Both the position numbers and the translations under genes were made by a program. A model generated the notes under the pieces. The model did no database searches. It was not told the origin of the DNA and worked only from the letters and a program-made list of their open reading frames with translations. A stretch of DNA of 63,764 nucleotides, counting the filler, from Actinomycetota bacterium (lineage in GTDB: Bacteria; Actinomycetota; Actinomycetes; JAKEEW01), in assembly GCA_046725875.1 (NCBI GenBank). It is 4 parts of 4 records of this genome, joined end to end, with 100 filler letters (N's around TTAATTAATTAA, not from the genome) between each part and the next. Parts side by side here need not be neighbours in the genome. Positions count along the whole stretch, not along the records: positions 1 to 31,977 come from JBKOZJ010000014.1; positions 32,078 to 51,127 come from JBKOZJ010000016.1; 2 more parts are not named here. One strand, 5' to 3'. Shown piece after piece: positions 29,862 through 38,960 of the stretch. The stretch's first letter is position 1; every line of letters starts with the position of its first letter.

Positions 29862-30980
29862 TTAGCCGAATCCCAATCCCGCGCCGATCAGATCAGGCAC
29901 CTCGAGACTCCAGACATCCTTGCCCTGGGCCAGGTAGAGCACGGTCTCCATCCGGAACGTCACGGGCACACCTTTCGGCAGGACGTGATCCGGGACGGCG
30001 TCGCAGTTGAGCGCGTAGCGCTGCTCGTCCCACTCCGAGGAGGTCGGGGTGCCCCTTTGCTGACCGATCGTGAAGTCCGGACAGATGTCGAGCGAGATGT
30101 CGGCCCTGGTGGCGGTCAAGGTGACGGCGAAGGCGAACGCCTGTCCCTCGACGGGCTGGCTCAGGTCCCGCTCGGTCACGTCGACGTCGTGGAAGGCGCT
30201 GCGCTCCTCCGCCTCCCGCACGTGCTCCGGCGCGAACGACCCGACCGTGACCGGGGTCGGCTCTCCTACCTCCGGACTGCAGTAGGTGTGCCCGAAGCCG
30301 TCGAACTCCAGCGTCCCGCCCTCGTCGGGGAGCGTTGCTCGGATGCGGTCGTTGTCGACCTGAACTCCGCGCCACGACGAACCCCACGACAGCGACAGCA
30401 CCGCGGCGTCGTCCGGCATCACGCGGACCGGCTGGCGGTAGTCACTGGTTTCGCGGGAGTGCTCGATGGGTCGGTCCAGAGGCGCCAGGTCGAGGGGCGA
30501 CCCGTGGTCGAGCAACGTGATCTCCGGGTAGCCCTCCAGCCGGCACGCGACGCCCGCCTTCCCGCGGATCCGAACCGTAATGCCCCGGGTTCCCAGTGCG
30601 AGGCCCATCCGCTGGGTGATGGTGAGGTCCCCCGCCCGGCATGGTGGCAGGTCCGCCGCCAGTGCCGGGTCCGGGCTGGCCGGGATGGTCTCGCTGGGAA
30701 TCTTCGGGTAGGTCGGCGGCAGCGGCACGAACGGCACCATCCCGTCCACCAGTCCGGTCGGTCACGCCGCCGGAGGAGTCGGGCGCGCGCGGGTCCCGGC
30801 GGGGCGGATCAGGAGCGCGCCCACCCCGACCAGCGCCACAACGAGGACCACAGCGACGACCGCGGGCCACCACCGCCGCTTCGGCGCGGTGAGCGTCGTC
30901 GGGTCGAGCGTGAACGTTGGGACGGTCGAGCGCCAGCGTTCGGCGTACCTGCGCAGCCGCCGGTCGAGGTCGTCGCTCAT
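29862..30980 (-). pseudogene. Anti-sigma-like membrane protein with a DUF4232-like domain, split by an in-frame TGA at 30762-30764
   Basis: MSDDLDRRLR, TM helix, PTPPAA*PTGLVDG, then PCRAGDL...CRLEGYPEITL, all in one frame. Confidence 0.72.
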
Positions 30981-31454
30981 GTTCCCGCCTCCTCGGCGAG
31001 CAGCCCGCGAAGCCTTCCCCGAGCCTGATGCAGGGTCGCCTTGACGGTGCCCTCGGCGCAGCCCATCACCTGAGCGCAGGTGGGCACGTCGAGGCCGACG
31101 AAGTAGTACAGGCCGACGGCCAGCCGCTGCCGGTCGGCGAGCAGGCCGAGGGCTCGTTCGAGGTCGAGGTCACGAGGGCTCGGCGTGGTTGCGACCTCGA
31201 CCAGGCTCAGCGCTGCACGCGGGCGGGTGCGATGCCGGCGAGCCCGGTCGGCCACGATGGCCAGCAGCCAGGCCAGCTCCGAGCCACGCGCAGCGTCGTA
31301 CGTCGACCGGCGTCGCCAGGCACGCACCAGGGCCTCTTGTACGACGTCCTCGGCATCGGAGTGGGACACCAGGCGAGCGGCAAGTCGGGTCATTGCGGGA
31401 AGATGCGGCTGCACCCAGGCGTCGAACTCCTCCGCCTCCCCCGGCCTTAACCAC
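30977..31454 (-). pseudogene. ECF sigma factor with an apparent +1 frameshift in a G5 run near the 5' end
   Basis: DAEDVVQEALVRAWR and AQVMGCAEGTVKATLHQAR motifs. The GGAGG-preceded GTG at 31454 is in frame only if one G is removed at 31438-31442. Confidence 0.75.
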
Positions 31455-31820
31455 GGTCGCCTCCACGCCCGAATAGACCCGGCTGAGGGGGTACTGGTTT
31501 AGTGTCGGGCCAAGGGTGCTTGGAAGCCAGCGGATCGCCTGGGGGGCCGTGCCTTCAGCACTATCGATCGTCGGCGCCCTCGGGTGCTTAGCGTTGCTGC
31601 CTTCACTGAGAGCTGGCGAGCGGGGCAGGTGCTTGCCCACGGTTCTGAGCCCAACCTCTGCCAGGCTAGGGAAGCATGTGCGGGCGGTCCTGGCCATCGC
31701 GGGTGCTGTGCCATCCGCATCCGAAGACGAGGCGCGCCCCGGGACGTGCGTGGTCCAGCACCGCCGCGCCCGTTCCCGAAACTTGGGCCTACGACACCGG
31801 GCCGGACAGGAGCGAACGCC

Positions 31821-31977
31821 ATGGGTGACCCACTCGGCGAGCAGGACGCGACGCGTGCCGCACTGCAGCAGGTCTTCGACGCCGCTGAGCCATACCTAGA
31901 CACGCTCTCCGATCGCCTCGTCTGGGACAGCTCGGAAGAATCGCAGCTGGGCGCACTGGGTGGTCCACTGCCGGAGG
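31821..31977 (+). CDS. N-terminus of a probable PLP-dependent decarboxylase, truncated by the contig end
   Basis: RBS AGGAG; MGDPL..AAEPYLDTLSDRLV..LGGPLPE resembles group II decarboxylase N-termini. Confidence 0.5.
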
Positions 31978-32077
31978 NNNNNNNNNNNNNNNNNNNNNNN
32001 NNNNNNNNNNNNNNNNNNNNNTTAATTAATTAANNNNNNNNNNNNNNNNNNNNNNNNNNNNNNNNNNNNNNNNNNNN
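31978..32077. other. Artificial contig linker
   Basis: N44-TTAATTAATTAA-N44, with stops in all six frames. Confidence 0.98.
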
Positions 32078-32266
32078 TGGCCCCGGCCTGACGGGGTCCG
32101 GGCCGCGGCTTGGGCGCCACCTCTGCAGCACTCCCCTAGCACCGCCCCGCAAGCGGTCCGGCCTGGTCTCCTTATCCAGGGTTGGGCCGCCGTCGGTTGT
32201 ACCGGCTTTGCTACCCCCGCCACCGGTTGGAAGCGGGGTAACCCGAGCCTCCGCCATTAGTGTCAC
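32078..32266 (-). CDS. N-terminal fragment, probably the FecCD/BtuC permease (truncated)
   Basis: Start overlaps the binding-protein stop; the call rests on operon context only. Confidence 0.35.
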
Positions 32267-33216
32267 CCGCCGGTGCTCGCAGGCGCTGCCGCCACCGCGC
32301 CGGCGACCGTACGGAGGAAATCGACAACGCGCGGTCCCCAGCGGGATGCAATGTCATCGTCGAGCGGGATGACCCGGCCCTCCTTCACCGCGCTCAGGTT
32401 GGCGAACCCGCTGCGCTTCGCAACGGCCTGTGGGTTCTGCCCGCAGCACTTCGTGTCCGCCAGGAAGATGAAGTCGGGGTCGGCCTTGACGAGATACTCC
32501 CGGGACAGCTGCGGGTAGCCGTTGCCGTCCTTGTCCGCCTCGTCGGCGATGTTCTGCAGACCGGCGAGTATGTAGATCTGGCCGATGAAGGTCTTGGACG
32601 TGACCGTGAACAGGTTGTCGTCAAGCTCATGGTAGTAGGTGAGCGCCGTGGATCGATCGGGGATCGTCGCGACGATTGCCTCGATGTCCGCTCTCATCTT
32701 TCCCGTCGTGGCAGCCGCGTCAGCTTCGTGCCCGGTTGCCCTCCCAAGCAGCTCGATCTGACCGTACGTGTCGTCGAGCTTCTGTGCCGCGGGTAGCAGC
32801 AGTGTCGGGATCGAGATCCTACTGAGTCCGGCCACGACCTCGTTCTCGTCGTCGCTCAGCACGACCAAGTCGGGTCGGTAGCCGGCGATCGCTTCGACGT
32901 TCGGCTGAAAACCCGACAGCTTCGTGCGCGGCGCGCCGGCCGGGAAGTTCGACTGGTCGTCGACCGCCGCGACCTGCTCGCCCGCGCCGATCGCATACAG
33001 CATCTCGGTCGCGGTCGGCGAGAGCGACACGATCCGTTCGGGCTGCTTATCGAGGGTCAGCGGCTGCCCGTTGGCGCCTTGGACGGTGACCGGGAAGGCC
33101 CCCTGGGTCGGCGTGTTCGGGGCATCAGCTGCCTGCTCGCCGTCGTCTCCGCCGCATCCGCCGAGCAACAGCGCCACGGCGGAGAGGATCGGGATGGAAC
33201 GTAGGAAAGGACGCAT
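32263..33216 (-). CDS. Cobalamin ABC transporter substrate-binding lipoprotein (BtuF-like)
   Basis: Lipobox LGGC, PERIVSLSPTATEMLYAIGA, SRWGPRV; lies downstream of a B12 riboswitch. Confidence 0.9.
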   Translation of the reverse strand: MRPFLRSIPILSAVALLLGGCGGDDGEQAADAPNTPTQGAFPVTVQGANGQPLTLDKQPERIVSLSPTATEMLYAIGAGEQVAAVDDQSNFPAGAPRTKLSGFQPNVEAIAGYRPDLVVLSDDENEVVAGLSRISIPTLLLPAAQKLDDTYGQIELLGRATGHEADAAATTGKMRADIEAIVATIPDRSTALTYYHELDDNLFTVTSKTFIGQIYILAGLQNIADEADKDGNGYPQLSREYLVKADPDFIFLADTKCCGQNPQAVAKRSGFANLSAVKEGRVIPLDDDIASRWGPRVVDFLRTVAGAVAAAPASTGG

Positions 33217-33317
33217 CGGCTACCTCCTGTCGATCGAGGAGGAGCGCTCGACGACAGGGGCAACGCCCGGTCGTACGAGCCTCACTCTTGCCTCGAGAGC
33301 TGGCTCGTCACCGGACT

Positions 33318-33412
33318 CGCAGGCGACCTGGCTCACCTCTTGTGGATGATCATCCAGCAGGGGCATCACAGTTGCGGGACAGCGCCGGGATCTCACCGGA
33401 CTTCGCTGCGGT
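33318..33412 (-). promoter_or_regulatory. Cobalamin riboswitch (compact)
   Basis: GAAGTCCGGTGAGATCCCGGCGCTGTCCCGCAACTGTGA...GAGCCAGGTCGCCTGC, i.e. core plus B12 box. Confidence 0.92.
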
Positions 33413-33600
33413 CAGGCAGACGCCCAGAGATTACCATCCCGATAACCCGTAGGCCGGTCGGTTGTGGTGCCCGGGGTGGGTCGTAGTTGCGATTCCGTCG
33501 CCCTGTCCGCTCGCCTTGTCCGTCCACAGCTACGGCCTTCCGCGCAACGCGCCAAGGTTTGATCGTTTGGATTCCAGACACCACGCGAGGTCGCCGAAAC

Positions 33601-33636
33601 TGTCGGACCCTTTTCCTAGAATCGAACATGGTTTCG
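33601..33636 (+). promoter_or_regulatory. PafBC/RecA-NDp promoter motif followed by a LexA SOS box
   Basis: TGTCGG-N10-TA-N3-T exact at 33601-33622, then CGAAC-ATGG-TTTCG (one mismatch to CGAAC-N4-GTTCG). Confidence 0.75.
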
Positions 33637-33788
33637 ATGGGAGGTGGGACCGCTTCATCTGGACCAGCCCCACCGGCAAACACTACGAGCAACAACCGGC
33701 GCAGATCGGGCCGATCATCGCCGCATCACCAACGACCAACGCCGACGACAAGGCCAACGTCGACGCGGCCGACAAGCCGCCCTCCTGA
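33628..33788 (+). pseudogene. Internally deleted HNH/DUF222 (13E12-like) gene remnant
   Basis: RFIWTSPTGKHY...DKPPS* tail joined out of frame to the ATG inside the SOS box. Confidence 0.65.
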
Positions 33789-33913
33789 GTCGCCGTCCTC
33801 CGCTTGCAGCGGTTATGCCATCGCCGTCTAGTCCGTTCGGGTATTGGCGTCCTCCCGGTTGCTCTCGATCATGACCACGCGTGACTCGCGCGAGCCTCTG
33901 CGCCGCCGGGCTG

Positions 33914-35197
33914 TTAAGTCGCGGACCTGACGGACGCGTCGCTGAGCTCGGGCCGGAGTTCCGCGGCTTCGAGGGGTTCGGTGGTCGTGGTGAAAATCTC
34001 CTGCCGGGCGTTCTCCAGAGCGGTCAGCAACGCGCCCTGCAGGACCGGGTTACCGTCGACCGTCGATGCGACGACGCGCGGGCGCACTGGGGAGATCCGT
34101 GCCACGGCCTCCGCGACACGCTCGGCCAGCGCCGAGCCGCCGGCACGGCTGATCTCGCCAGCCAGGACCACCAGCCCCGGATCGACGACGAGGCAGGCCG
34201 ACGTGACACCTAGGGCGAGCCGCTCGGCGAGTTCCTTAAGGAACGCTTCCCCGGCTTGGCCGGCAGTCACGGCGGCCCGGACTGCCGCGGCAGCGGCGGT
34301 CGGCCCGTCGTCTCCTTCGACCGGAAGGCCGTGCCGTCGAGCCAGCTCCTCGACCGGCGGCGGCCCGACCAGCGACTGGAAACCACCCTTCAATGCCCAG
34401 GCGGGGGTTCCAGGAGGACGTCCCTCCGGGCCTTTGATACGGCCACCCGTGGGCGGCTCTGCCCCGGACACCGGCAGCCAGCCGATCTCACCGGCGCCGC
34501 CGGTCGTGCCGCGATGAAGCCGACCGCCGAGCACGGTCGCAAGCCCGATGCCCCGGCCCACCCAGAGCAGGACGAAGTTGTCGTGGCCTCCGGCGCCATA
34601 GTGCTTCTCGGCAACGCCGACGAGGTTGACATCGTTCTCCAGGGTTACCATGCGGCGCAGGTCGCTGCGCAGGGCCGCGAGCAGACCGCGGTGCCAGCTT
34701 GGTAGGTCGTAGGCGAAGCCGATGTCACCGGTGTTCGGGTCGACCAAGCCGGGGGTGCCGATGACGATTTGGTTGACCTGGGCGATTGTAATGCCGGCCG
34801 CAACGGTGGCCCGCTCCACCGAGTCGTGAACGACCGATACCGGGTCGTCCACCCCGGCGACCGCAAGGTCCGCTTCGCCGATCGTGAGACCCGTGATGTT
34901 GGCTACGGCCGACTGGATGCGGTCCGGGCCTACGTCGACCCCGATGACATATGCCGCCGACGGCTTCACCCCGTACAAACGTGCATTGGGACCCCGCCCG
35001 CCGGCCTGCTCGCCGACCGTCTCGACCAGCCCCCGCTCCTCCAGCCGGGCGAGGAGCTGCGAGGCGGTGGGCTTAGATAGGCCGGTCAGCGCGCCCAGCT
35101 GGGGCCGGGTCAGCGGTCCACGCTCGAGCAGCAGCTCGAGCGCAGCCTGATCGTTGATCGCCCGAAGCAGCCGGGGCGTCCCAGGTCGTTGCCGCAT
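33914..35197 (-). CDS. ROK-family transcriptional repressor (CsnR-like)
   Basis: PGTPRLLRAIND..GLSKPTASQLL HTH, ENDVNL, GAGEIG. Confidence 0.92.
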   Translation of the reverse strand: MRQRPGTPRLLRAINDQAALELLLERGPLTRPQLGALTGLSKPTASQLLARLEERGLVETVGEQAGGRGPNARLYGVKPSAAYVIGVDVGPDRIQSAVANITGLTIGEADLAVAGVDDPVSVVHDSVERATVAAGITIAQVNQIVIGTPGLVDPNTGDIGFAYDLPSWHRGLLAALRSDLRRMVTLENDVNLVGVAEKHYGAGGHDNFVLLWVGRGIGLATVLGGRLHRGTTGGAGEIGWLPVSGAEPPTGGRIKGPEGRPPGTPAWALKGGFQSLVGPPPVEELARRHGLPVEGDDGPTAAAAAVRAAVTAGQAGEAFLKELAERLALGVTSACLVVDPGLVVLAGEISRAGGSALAERVAEAVARISPVRPRVVASTVDGNPVLQGALLTALENARQEIFTTTTEPLEAAELRPELSDASVRSAT

Positions 35198-35220
35198 CGT
35201 AATAAGACCCCGTATCCATT

Positions 35221-35233
35221 AGGAAGGTTTCCT
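35221..35233. promoter_or_regulatory. CsnR-type operator
   Basis: AGGAAGGTTTCCT versus the Streptomyces CsnR consensus AGGAAANTTTCCT; located between the divergent ROK and ABC genes. Confidence 0.75.
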
Positions 35234-35405
35234 GTTAGATTCCTGAACGCTAGGTCGCTACGCCTGGTCAGTCAAGCGGACGCTATCGCTGGTGACCATG
35301 CACCGTCGTTCCGGCCCGAACCGGCCGGAACGGGGAGCGGAAGCGGTGTCCCGCCGCGCGGTGGGACGAGAAGCACACGGTTCCGGAGCATCCGGGAGGG
35401 ATGGC

Positions 35406-36713
35406 GTGAAGAAGAAGCTCCTCGCCGCGGCGGCCGGTCTCGCCGCGGCGTCGCTTGTCCTCGCCGCCTGCGGCGGCGACGACGATGACAATGCGCCCTC
35501 GGCCGCCGAGCGGACGGGCACATTGAACGTGTGGCTGATGCAGGACGCAGGCGGCGAGAAGTGGGCGCCGATCGTCACGCAAACCACCGCCGAGTTCAAC
35601 AAGAAGTACCCGAAGGTCCAGGTCAAGCTCACCACGCTGCAGTGGACCGACGGGCAGCAGCGGCTCCAGACGGCACTCGCCGGCAACACTCCCCCAGACG
35701 TGGCCGAGGTGGGCAATACATGGGCGTCTGGCTTCGCCGCGACCGGGGCCCTCGCCGACCTCACGCAATACAAAGGTGAGTTCCCGAACTCGGGCACCTG
35801 GCTCAAGAGTCTCGAGGACGCTGGCACCTACAACGGCAAGCTGTACGCCGTGCCCTACTACGCCGGCAGCCGGGTCCTGACATACCGGAAAGACATGTTC
35901 GAGCAGGCGGGCATTACCAGTCTCCCGACGAGCATGGATGAGCTGAAGGTGGCCCTGGACAAGCTCAACGCCACCTTCGCGTCGAAGATCAAGAACTTCT
36001 CGGCGTTCTACATCCCCGGCCAGCACTGGTATCTCGCCGGCACCCTAATCGCGGACCAGGGCGTCGCCCAGCCATGGGCGGAGTTCAAGGACGGCAAGTG
36101 GGTGGCGAACGTCAACTCACCGGCCTCCATCCAAGGCCTGGAGCTCTTCAAGGAGCTGCAGTCGAGGTACTCGAAGGCTGACCCGCGCGGTGAGGAGGCC
36201 GACCAGGCGTACCGGATGGGCGGCCAGAAGAACATCGCGATGTTCTACGGAGCGGGCTGGGAGCTCGGTGAGGTCGGTAACAAGGAGCAGGGCGGCGACC
36301 CGAAGATGCTCGACAAGCTCGCCCAGTTCCCGCTTCCGTCGGTGAACGCCGGCGACACCGCTCCGGCATTCCTCGGCGGCTCGCATCTAGTCGTCCCGGT
36401 CAAATCGAAGCAGCAGGACCTCGCGCGGGATTGGATCAGCACCTACACCAGCAACCAGATCCAGACGGCGCTCGTCAACGACGTGGGCGTCATCCCGAAC
36501 ACCACAAGTCTGCTCAGCCTTAAGGCCGACGACCCGTCCTTCCAGTCGTCACAGAACTCCTGGTTCGTCCCGACATCGAAGAACTGGGCCGCGGTTGAGG
36601 GCCAGCGCATCCTCCAGAACACGCTGGTTGACATCTCGACCGGCAGCAAGTCGGTCCAGGAGGCGGCTGACACCGCAACCCAGGAGATCCAGGAGGCACT
36701 GGACCGCACGTAA
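35406..36713 (+). CDS. Sugar ABC transporter substrate-binding lipoprotein (DasA-like)
   Basis: Lipobox LAAC, LNVWLM, PDVAEVGNT, YAVPYYAG, FLGGSHL. Confidence 0.92.
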   Translation: MKKKLLAAAAGLAAASLVLAACGGDDDDNAPSAAERTGTLNVWLMQDAGGEKWAPIVTQTTAEFNKKYPKVQVKLTTLQWTDGQQRLQTALAGNTPPDVAEVGNTWASGFAATGALADLTQYKGEFPNSGTWLKSLEDAGTYNGKLYAVPYYAGSRVLTYRKDMFEQAGITSLPTSMDELKVALDKLNATFASKIKNFSAFYIPGQHWYLAGTLIADQGVAQPWAEFKDGKWVANVNSPASIQGLELFKELQSRYSKADPRGEEADQAYRMGGQKNIAMFYGAGWELGEVGNKEQGGDPKMLDKLAQFPLPSVNAGDTAPAFLGGSHLVVPVKSKQQDLARDWISTYTSNQIQTALVNDVGVIPNTTSLLSLKADDPSFQSSQNSWFVPTSKNWAAVEGQRILQNTLVDISTGSKSVQEAADTATQEIQEALDRT

Positions 36714-37047
36714 GGTCCCGACCGCCGCGGGGGTTATGCCTCTGCGCGGACGCTCGGACCTTGCTAGATCAAAGGCTCGTGGCGCCCTCGGGCACGTGGG
36801 CGCCATGAGTCCGGGCAAAGTGGAACGGACCTAGGCGCGCCGGACATCGATCGTGCCGGCCGATCGTGGCTCTCAGTCAACGCCCGGTTTTGGGCAGCTT
36901 GCCGCCCCCCTCATGATGCGACCCTTCGATCCAGGAAGACGCAACCTCTGGGCCGGCGAAGGAGGCAGCAGTGCGGGAACGACGGTCCGCCGCTCTGGAT
37001 CACCCCAGTTGCCCCGGCTCCCGGGCGGCCGCGCCGGAGGAGTCGCT

Positions 37048-38052
37048 ATGAGTACGCTGGGCGCGTCCGACATAGACGCGACGGACGACCTGATCGCCAA
37101 CGGGTTGGAACCCGCGCCCGGCCGCCGCTCTGGCCGCCGGCGAAGCGCGCGGAGCCGCCGTGGGCCGCGCTCACTGCCCTACCTCCTCATCGTTCCGAGC
37201 GTCGCCGTGCTCCTCGGAATATTCGGATATCCGGCTCTCTACCTCGTGCGGATCTCATTCCAGAAGTTCGACCTGCCTCAGCTGTTCGGGGCCGAGCCGG
37301 CGAAGTGGATCGGATTCGACAACTACGTCGAGTTCATCACGGGAGACAACTTCATCCCGATTGTCATCCGGACGCTCGCTTTCACCACTGCCTGTGTCGC
37401 ACTCACGATCGGCCTCGGTCTCTTCATCGCGCTGCTCATGCAGCGGATCAGTAGCTTGGTCCGGATCCCACTGCTGATCGCGATGATGTTCGCCTGGGCA
37501 ATGCCCCCGCTCTCCGCGGTCGCTGTCTTCGGCTGGCTCGTCGACTACCAAACGGGCGTCGTCAACTGGCTCATCGACCAGCTGCCCGGCGTCGACTTCA
37601 GCCAGCACAACTGGTTCGTCAACCCGATCGAAGGCTTCAGCGTGATCGTGGCACTGATTGTGTGGGGCGCCATCCCCTTTGTCGCCGTCACGTTCTATGC
37701 CGCTCTCACCCAGGTACCGCAGGATCTGATCGAGGCGGCGCGGATCGACGGCGCCGGGCGGTGGGCCGTTTTCCGGAATGTCGTCTATCCGGTCATCAAG
37801 CCAGTGGTGATCATCGCTACCACCCTGTCGATCATCTGGGATTTCCAGGTCATCGTCCAGATCCTGGCCATGCTCGACGGCACGCCGAACGAGGACTACT
37901 TCACGTTGCCTCTCTACGCGTACATGACGTCGATCGTCGGGGGCTACTACGGGCTCGGTGCGGCCGCGGCTGTGATCATGATTCTCGGGTTGATCGGACT
38001 CAGCTTCTTCTACATCCGGCAGGTCGTGCGCATACAGGAGATCGACCGATGA
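37048..38052 (+). CDS. Carbohydrate ABC permease (DasB-like)
   Basis: PYLLIVPS, IGFDNY, EAARIDGA loop; RBS GGAGGAG. Confidence 0.93.
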   Translation: MSTLGASDIDATDDLIANGLEPAPGRRSGRRRSARSRRGPRSLPYLLIVPSVAVLLGIFGYPALYLVRISFQKFDLPQLFGAEPAKWIGFDNYVEFITGDNFIPIVIRTLAFTTACVALTIGLGLFIALLMQRISSLVRIPLLIAMMFAWAMPPLSAVAVFGWLVDYQTGVVNWLIDQLPGVDFSQHNWFVNPIEGFSVIVALIVWGAIPFVAVTFYAALTQVPQDLIEAARIDGAGRWAVFRNVVYPVIKPVVIIATTLSIIWDFQVIVQILAMLDGTPNEDYFTLPLYAYMTSIVGGYYGLGAAAAVIMILGLIGLSFFYIRQVVRIQEIDR

Positions 38053-38960
38053 GCCAGGAAGCCGCACTCGATGTCGGCCGCACTCGTCGCCGAGAAGTCG
38101 ACGCAGCGGCGGTGCGCACGGGCGTCCGCACCCCCCGCCGTCGGCCACGCCGCCTGCTCGCCAACCTCGTCGGCATCGGCGTCTTTTTGGTGATGGTGTT
38201 CCCGACGTACTGGATGGTCGCGACCGCGCTCAAGACGAATGCGGACATCTTCTCGACCACGCCCAAGTTCGTGCCCACGCACCCGACCCTGTCGAACTTC
38301 GGCCGTGCGATGGACAAAGCCTACTTTTGGGACTCGCTGCGGAACAGTCTGGTGATCGGAGCAAGCGCCGTGATCGCTTCACTGGTCATCGGCTTCCTCG
38401 CCGCACTGGCGATCGCGAGGTTCCGCTTCTACGGCCGCCGAGCGTTCTTGGTCATGATCATCGTGGTCCAGATGATTCCGGCGAACTCGCTATTCATCCC
38501 GCTCTATCTCTTGCTGAACAAGGCCGAGTTGACCGACAAGCTGCTCGGCGCGGCGCTCACCTATCTCGCCCTTACGTTGCCATTCACCGTCTGGTTGCTC
38601 CGCGGCTTCGTCGCCGGCATCCCGGTCGAGCTGGAGGAAGCAGCGCAGGTGGACGGCTGCAGCCGGATGGGTGCATTCTTCCGGATCATCCTGCCGTTGG
38701 TCGCCCCTGGCCTCGTGGCCACCTCGATCTTTGCGTTCATCCAAGCGTGGAACGAGTTCCTGCTCGCAAACGTGCTGCTCACGTCGGAGCAGAACCGGAC
38801 CGTGTCGCTGTGGCTGTTCAACTTCATCACGTTGCGCGGCACCGATTGGACCGGGCTAATGGCGGGTTCGACGCTTGTCGCGCTGCCGGTCGTCATCTTC
38901 TTCATGGTCCTGCACCGCAGGATCGCCAGCGGCCTGGTTGCGGGCGCGGTGAAGGGATGA
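38049..38960 (+). CDS. Carbohydrate ABC permease (DasC-like)
   Basis: FPTYWM, ELEEAAQVDGCS, AWNEF, GLVAGAVKG; ATGA overlap. Confidence 0.93.
   Translation: MSQEAALDVGRTRRREVDAAAVRTGVRTPRRRPRRLLANLVGIGVFLVMVFPTYWMVATALKTNADIFSTTPKFVPTHPTLSNFGRAMDKAYFWDSLRNSLVIGASAVIASLVIGFLAALAIARFRFYGRRAFLVMIIVVQMIPANSLFIPLYLLLNKAELTDKLLGAALTYLALTLPFTVWLLRGFVAGIPVELEEAAQVDGCSRMGAFFRIILPLVAPGLVATSIFAFIQAWNEFLLANVLLTSEQNRTVSLWLFNFITLRGTDWTGLMAGSTLVALPVVIFFMVLHRRIASGLVAGAVKG

Noticed and set aside
30762..30764. In-frame TGA as selenocysteine or programmed readthrough
   Set aside because: It lies in a Pro/Ala linker, not a redox motif, and I see no convincing SECIS; a nonsense change is simpler
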